DNA of 64,000 nt from an uncultured Candidatus Saccharibacteria bacterium (GTDB lineage Bacteria > Patescibacteriota > Minisyncoccia > Phycocordibacterales > SW-6-46-9), in assembly GCA_964534365.1 (NCBI GenBank), contig CAZHOI010000001.1:55560-119559 (forward strand), in the 5' to 3' direction. The notes below the pieces were generated by a model that searched no databases, was not told the origin of the DNA, and was given only the letters and a program-made list of their open reading frames with translations. Positions 59,329 through 64,000 of the stretch are shown piece after piece. The translations under genes and the position numbers were made by a program. Within the stretch, counting starts at the first letter, position 1. The number at the start of each line of letters is the position of its first letter.

Positions 59329-60255
59329 TTAATTTTTTATTACGGTACGCAACGTCGCACTGCGTGATAGTCGATTGTTAATAATTTCTTTGCGACTGGG
59401 TTTGGTGGGTTTTTTATTTAGTCTTGTCAGCAAACTACGGCGTTCTAATTGGCGAAATTGCTGTTTGACCTGTCGATCTTCTATTGAATGAAAGGTTATG
59501 ACAGAGATTCGCCCCCCGGCCGGTAGTAGCTCTAGCCCTGTGTTTATTGCACGATCCAGAACTTCCAATTCCTGGTTAACTGTCATTCGCAGGGCTTGAA
59601 ATACTTTGGTAGCGGATGATTTTTCAGGTCGTTTAGCGCGTTTAGGAGTCGCTGCCTCAATTATCTGAACCAAATCGGCAACAGTGCTAAATTCTTGTTT
59701 GTCTCGATGGACCACAATTGCCCTCGCATATCGTCTTGATAATCGCTCGTCGGCCAGATGGTAGAAAATATCGGCCAACACTTCTTCCGAGAAACTGTTA
59801 AGGATCTGAGCCGCGGTTAGGGTATTTGCCTGATTGGGATCAAATCGCATGTCCAGCGGTTCGTTTAACTGCTGAAACGAGAATCCCCGGCCGCTATCTT
59901 CTAATGAACCACGTCGCAGACCTAGATCCAGCAAAATTCTATCTATTTGATCGATTCCTTGTTCCTGCACTATAGATCGAATTTGACCAAAATTTGCCTG
60001 AACTAATGTAGTTCTAGTTTGCAGATTTAGTCTCTCGAGTATTTCCCTGGATTCAGTAATTGCTAGCGGGTCAGCATCCAAGCCGATTAAGTGACCTGTG
60101 GGCGAAATTGCTTTCAAAATCGCTTGTGCATGGCCAGCATTTCCTACCGTACCGTCGACCACTATGTTTCCAGGTTTCGGATCTAGTTCGGCCACTACTT
60201 CGTCTAACAGAACTGGTTGGTGACGATTGCTCTTAGTGTCAATTGAATCAACCAT
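59329..60255 (-). CDS. rsmH: 16S rRNA (cytosine1402-N4)-methyltransferase
   Basis: HQPVLLDEVVAEL...VDGTVGNAGHAQAIL matches the RsmH/MraW start; 308 aa. Confidence 0.9.
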   Translation of the reverse strand: MVDSIDTKSNRHQPVLLDEVVAELDPKPGNIVVDGTVGNAGHAQAILKAISPTGHLIGLDADPLAITESREILERLNLQTRTTLVQANFGQIRSIVQEQGIDQIDRILLDLGLRRGSLEDSGRGFSFQQLNEPLDMRFDPNQANTLTAAQILNSFSEEVLADIFYHLADERLSRRYARAIVVHRDKQEFSTVADLVQIIEAATPKRAKRPEKSSATKVFQALRMTVNQELEVLDRAINTGLELLPAGGRISVITFHSIEDRQVKQQFRQLERRSLLTRLNKKPTKPSRKEIINNRLSRSATLRTVIKN

Positions 60256-60389
60256 TAATTTCTCCTGGTTTGAACCGCATGATCAGGGTCGGACAATAAT
60301 GCGTTCGCGCAAGTCTTCTTTGGTAATTGGTGACACCCGAGGTACGTATGGTGATGGTTTTAATTTACGATCAAACATATGAATATAGT

Positions 60390-60830
60390 TTATATAGCCC
60401 CCAAATCAGATAGCTGCTCTGCCATCTGATCAACACTGTCATCCAGCTGTTGCAGTTGATTTTGCCAAGTTGCCGGCTGCCATAATTCCAGATGATTGCC
60501 CACCCCAGCGATAATTACCTCGGAATCAATGTCTGTATGATTGCGCAGATTCTCGGGCAGTAAAATGCGTCCAGATTTATCCACTGTTATTTCAGTGGCA
60601 CTAGATTGTACAAATCGGTTAAATGCCCGCGCTGATCGACTACCTAATGATAAAGAGCTTAATTTGGCAGTAATTTCTTCCCAGGCTGGTTGTGAATATA
60701 CATAAGAACATCCATCCAAACCCTTGGTGACTATTACCACTTCCCCAATTGTGGCGCGGATTTTACTGGGCAGCGAAAATCGATTTTTACTATCGAGCTT
60801 ATGCTGATATTCGCCAATAAATTGATCCAT
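60390..60830 (-). CDS. mraZ: Transcriptional regulator MraZ
   Basis: Two SpoVT/AbrB-like repeats with DSKNRFSLPSKIR and DKSGRILLPENLR; 146 aa. Confidence 0.9.
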   Translation of the reverse strand: MDQFIGEYQHKLDSKNRFSLPSKIRATIGEVVIVTKGLDGCSYVYSQPAWEEITAKLSSLSLGSRSARAFNRFVQSSATEITVDKSGRILLPENLRNHTDIDSEVIIAGVGNHLELWQPATWQNQLQQLDDSVDQMAEQLSDLGAI

Positions 60831-60990
60831 AATTGGTTACCAATTAGGATTTACTGGTAGTTATCCACATTTCCTACAGTTGTGAATTCATCCCACTTTA
60901 TCCCACTTGGTATTCATATTGTAGCACTAGGGTTAATAGCGATGCATTAGTTATCCCCTTTTATAAGTTTAGTTATGAAAAACCGCCGCA

Positions 60991-61125
60991 TCAGGAGATA
61001 CGGCGATTGGTGGGTGGCGGCGGGTTCTCGCTCTCGCAGCTCTCGTCCCGGCGGGCAAAGCCCATCACAAGCATGAGAAGCAGAAAAAGAACAATTACCA
61101 ACACGAGGAGGATTTCGGGGATCAT
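60991..61125 (-). CDS. 44-aa single-TM peptide (GC-rich block)
   Basis: MIPEILLVLVIVLFLLLMLVMGFARRDESCESENPPPPTNRRIS; below the ORF-track size cutoff. Confidence 0.3.
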   Translation of the reverse strand: MIPEILLVLVIVLFLLLMLVMGFARRDESCESENPPPPTNRRIS

Positions 61126-61185
61126 CGCGGTTGGGGTCTAGTGTAGTTTTAATCTAGCATACTTCTAAAGGATTTATTTTTGTTG

Positions 61186-61230
61186 AAAAAGAAAAACCCG
61201 CCGGTTGCTGGAGTGGCAACACGACGGGTA
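61186..61230 (-). terminator. Rho-independent terminator (minus strand) after the 41-aa peptide gene
   Basis: Minus-strand acccgtcg-tgttgccactccagcaac-cggcgggt followed by tttttc. Confidence 0.5.
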
Positions 61231-61248
61231 GGTGGTAGGAAGGAAGAA

Positions 61249-61374
61249 TCATTCGTACATTCTTCCGGTCGGATCCAACTCATCCAATGCTCTATTGGTG
61301 TGGTGGATCACTATACTCCACATGGTTAGGAACGCTCCCACGGCAAGGGTGCCAATAACAGTGGCTAATTTCAT
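61249..61374 (-). CDS. 41-aa single-TM peptide (GC-rich block)
   Basis: MKLATVIGTLAVGAFLTMWSIVIHHTNRALDELDPTGRMYE. Confidence 0.3.
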   Translation of the reverse strand: MKLATVIGTLAVGAFLTMWSIVIHHTNRALDELDPTGRMYE

Positions 61375-61530
61375 AGCGAGGGTCAGGTTGTGAAGCTTAA
61401 TTATGCCATAAATTGTATAGTATGTAAAAAAAACCCCGGCGGCGCTGTGCGTCGTCGGGGACCGTGGCAGTTCGTAAACTCCAAGGTATTACGTGATTTT
61501 ACGCTCACGTTAAGCGTTTTCAGTTGCGGA

Positions 61531-62619
61531 CTACTGTCTCCAAGGAAAGAACGTCGCTCCCACCTGCACATACGGTCCACCAGTGGGGGCGGCGTAGTAC
61601 AGCGAAGTGACGTGGCGGTACCCCGCCCCAATTGTGAAGTCCACGTCAGGCAGGGTTTCTACACCAACTTGCCCTCCGAGAGAGAAACTCACGTGGGTAC
61701 GACCGATGCCGTCACGAACGGACTCGGTACGGGTTCCGCCGATGCCGACGCTCGGTCCAGCGCTAATCTCGGAGTTGGCGAAGTGGTCGAGCAAATCGTA
61801 GGTGAGATTCACCTCAACGCTCAACAACTCCTCTGCGAACTCTGTGTTGCACTGTCCCGCAGAGGCGGGGTATGCACCCAGCTCGCCGCCGCAGGTTTCG
61901 GCGTAACCGATACCTACGGCATCGTATGCCAGGGACTTGAGCCCGCCATATCCGAACTGGACACCGCCGCCGAAGTTGTTGTACCACGGGGCAACCTCTT
62001 TCGCCTCTTGCGGCTTGGGAGCCGGCGGAGGCGGGGTCGGACGCGGCTGGCGACGCTCGGCGACAAGCGCCGGGCGAACCATCACAAGGTCGCAGTCTTC
62101 TCTCGCACAGGTCTGGGGGATCAAATCCACCCGACGTTGCCTAGCGTGCTCGAATTGAAACCCTTCGCGGTCCTTGGCGATTTTAGCGTCCTCAGGCTCG
62201 AGGAAGCCGGTGACCGGCTCGTCGACGTTTACGTCGACGTTGCAGTTACGCACGCCGAGCTTGTACAGCTCGTTGCGCACGAACTCGGCGCGGTCGCGGG
62301 CCAGCTGCTGAGCGTTTACGCTACGCAGCTCAACCTCCGACAGGCGGGGCGAGATGATGTAGCTGGTCTGGGGGCAAGCCCGCAAGATCTCAGCCACATC
62401 CTCAAGAACGTATGGGTTCTCTGCTGTGGAGTTTCCTTCGCTGAAGAAAAGCTCCTCCAGCTCGATGATCTGCCGGCATTGTGCCGAAGTCATCACAACG
62501 TTCTCGATCACGTCAGCCTGAGGCTGGCGCGGGACTATCTGGTCCGTCTGCGCCGTCGCAGGAACGGCGGTCAGGAGGACGGCGCAGAGCGCCAGGAAAA
62601 ACAGGTTGAGGTGGTTCAT
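61531..62619 (-). CDS. Secreted OmpA-like domain protein with Gly-rich C-terminal beta-rich region
   Basis: Signal peptide MNHLNLFFLALCAVLLTAVPATAQT. OmpA-family peptidoglycan-binding motif NAQQLARDRAEFVRNELYKLGV (N..LS..RA..V...L...G). Pro-rich linker, then a G/alternating-hydrophobic C-terminus ending in F-P-W. The antisense 419-aa ORF is Arg-rich nonsense. Confidence 0.5.
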   Translation of the reverse strand: MNHLNLFFLALCAVLLTAVPATAQTDQIVPRQPQADVIENVVMTSAQCRQIIELEELFFSEGNSTAENPYVLEDVAEILRACPQTSYIISPRLSEVELRSVNAQQLARDRAEFVRNELYKLGVRNCNVDVNVDEPVTGFLEPEDAKIAKDREGFQFEHARQRRVDLIPQTCAREDCDLVMVRPALVAERRQPRPTPPPPAPKPQEAKEVAPWYNNFGGGVQFGYGGLKSLAYDAVGIGYAETCGGELGAYPASAGQCNTEFAEELLSVEVNLTYDLLDHFANSEISAGPSVGIGGTRTESVRDGIGRTHVSFSLGGQVGVETLPDVDFTIGAGYRHVTSLYYAAPTGGPYVQVGATFFPWRQ

Positions 62620-62991
62620 GAGGGGGCGCCGCGGGGGCGCGGGGTATGAGTGATGACGAGGTTAGGCCAGTCACAAGTGACGAGCCGACCCTGGTTCACT
62701 GACCTCTAGCACTAGTCTATTTCTAGACAGCAACTGAAAAGTCAAAGAACTGGGGTCGAGTTGCATTATTGCAACCGACTCTATCCATAATAATACATTA
62801 GAATCTGTATTTTGTCAAATAGCTTTACCTCTTTTATTACCACTATTACTACGTTAATGAAGTATGAGAAAAGCCTGCTGGAACGTGTATCGAAAACCAG
62901 GCAGGCTAGAATCCGCAGTGTTCACCGCGAATCAGAAGGAACATTATTTTCGACTTTAGTTTCCCTCTTCTCTGGGCGCCTTACAGGACGC

Positions 62992-63462
62992 CTAATCGGT
63001 GATGATCTGGATTCCCCAGACCTTATCACCTATCTTAATCCGGCCGATCTCCTCACCAGGCTGTGCCCGGTGAGTGCGAGTAGCGGTCCAGTAGTAGAGC
63101 TGGTCATCCTTGGAGGTTGACCAGTTACCGATCCCATAGAGAGTTACCTCTCCGGTGAGGCCGGTAATCTTCTGGACGGCATCGCGGCTGAGCTCCACGT
63201 ACTGAGGGTCGCCCAGCGGTTGGGCCACTTTGATGTTGCCCTCAGTCACTGCCGGAGGGCCGTCAGGCGGAGGCGTATCAGTCGAGTCGGTCGGAGCCGG
63301 CTCGTCGTCACAGCACTGCTGCATGTCCGGCCCAGCGATGGTGTCGCTGCAGCCGGTCAGAAGGCCGCCGAGGGCGAGCATCCACCAGAAAGCGCCGAAA
63401 GCGATCACCCGGTAGATGGTGCGGCTTCCGAAGAGGCCTTTTTTGTCGATGACGTGTGCCAT
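62992..63462 (-). CDS. Predicted lipoprotein (GC-rich block)
   Basis: Signal peptide with lipobox LLTGC, Pro/Asp-rich linker; 156 aa. Confidence 0.45.
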   Translation of the reverse strand: MAHVIDKKGLFGSRTIYRVIAFGAFWWMLALGGLLTGCSDTIAGPDMQQCCDDEPAPTDSTDTPPPDGPPAVTEGNIKVAQPLGDPQYVELSRDAVQKITGLTGEVTLYGIGNWSTSKDDQLYYWTATRTHRAQPGEEIGRIKIGDKVWGIQIITD

Positions 63463-63723
63463 GATCGTATATGCCGGCTTTGTCTGAAGAGACTATCCGG
63501 CAGCGTATGAGAAAAGAGAGACTTGTCGAGGTGCGTTTGCACTTGATGGGCCACTATGGATGGCGGGCTGTAGACAGCGGTTTAACGGCTATCTAGAGCG
63601 TGCCACCAGTGGTCACCTCTAACTACTAATATACCAGATTTAGAATATTTGTCAAGTTATTTAGTATTAAAAAACCACCATTGCTGGCAGCTTTTTAAAG
63701 GTTCTTTTATTAAATAACCTTGT

Positions 63724-63999
63724 TTAATTGGTTTTTGTAGGTACCGCTGGTTCATCAGCTACTACTACAACATCCGTTTCATCCTTTTTAGCCTTGCGAT
63801 CCTTGATTACTTCATAAATCAACAGCAATACTAGCAATCCAAGAACGGTAAGCAGAAACGGTAGCGAGAAGATAAAGGACAGGATTCCGCCAGCCGCGCT
63901 AGCAGCCAGTGATTTCTGTGCTATTTCGGCTTCGGCAGACAATTCATCGTCTGATACTGTATCCAGGAAGAATTCGTCATCGGCAATAGTCTCACCCAC
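63724..63999 (-). CDS. Membrane-anchored hypothetical protein (N-terminus may extend beyond the window)
   Basis: Acidic N-terminus, one TM helix, Lys-rich tail. The Met at 63999 is at the window edge. Confidence 0.35.
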   Translation of the reverse strand: MGETIADDEFFLDTVSDDELSAEAEIAQKSLAASAAGGILSFIFSLPFLLTVLGLLVLLLIYEVIKDRKAKKDETDVVVVADEPAVPTKTN

Positions 64000-64000
64000 A

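Larger units (their letters stand above)
60980..63620. other. About 2.6 kb GC-rich compositional block (two sub-blocks split by an AT-rich spacer at ~62650-62990)
   Basis: Sharp GC shift relative to the flanking AT-rich DNA. Overlapping sense/antisense long ORFs typical of high-GC DNA. Encodes envelope-type proteins. Confidence 0.6.

Noticed and set aside
61390-62649. 419-aa plus-strand ORF
   Set aside because: It is an Arg/Gly-rich low-complexity translation antisense to the signal-peptide/OmpA-like ORF, which is a typical high-GC antisense artefact.

Overview
This is about 64 kb of AT-rich, gene-dense bacterial chromosome. Short intergenic regions, small proteins and a truncated UvrC are reminiscent of a streamlined, possibly Patescibacteria-like lineage, but that lineage call is inference only.

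The core is housekeeping genes: nusB (fused to a Nudix domain), rpmF, rnhB, dnaE, thrS, a ZIP zinc transporter, two tRNA-Ala genes, uvrC/uvrA/uvrB, tgt, an FKBP isomerase, rpmA, rplI, ctpA, corA, cysS, dnaB, recR, rplU, and the mraZ-rsmH-ftsL-ftsI cluster. There is also a carotenoid/photolyase photoprotection cluster (UbiA-family prenyltransferase, crtI-like, crtB-like, FeS-BCP-type photolyase, cardiolipin synthase) and a sugar-nucleotide/glycosyl cluster.

The standout feature is a roughly 13 kb integrative element at 43915-56865. It sits in the 3' end of tRNA-Glu(CTC) and is bounded by a perfect 21-bp direct repeat of the tRNA 3' end. It carries a 1367-aa STAND/NACHT-like P-loop NTPase with a C-terminal PD-(D/E)xK nuclease, which is a candidate unclassified defence protein. 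It also carries a small divergent gene, a ParB-domain/N6-adenine methyltransferase fusion, terminase small and large subunits with no virion structural genes, a large serine recombinase, and an ArsR / four-SRPBCC / DoxX / DUF1801 cargo module.

Other notable items are two GC-rich compositional islands (about 11500-12110 and about 60980-63620, the latter with outer-membrane-type OmpA-like and lipoprotein genes). There is also an unexplained 1.1 kb non-coding GC-elevated region at 1026-2137, a 22-bp perfect palindrome present both inside rnhB and downstream of thrS, and a (CAAATAC)6 microsatellite. No CRISPR array or rRNA gene was found.
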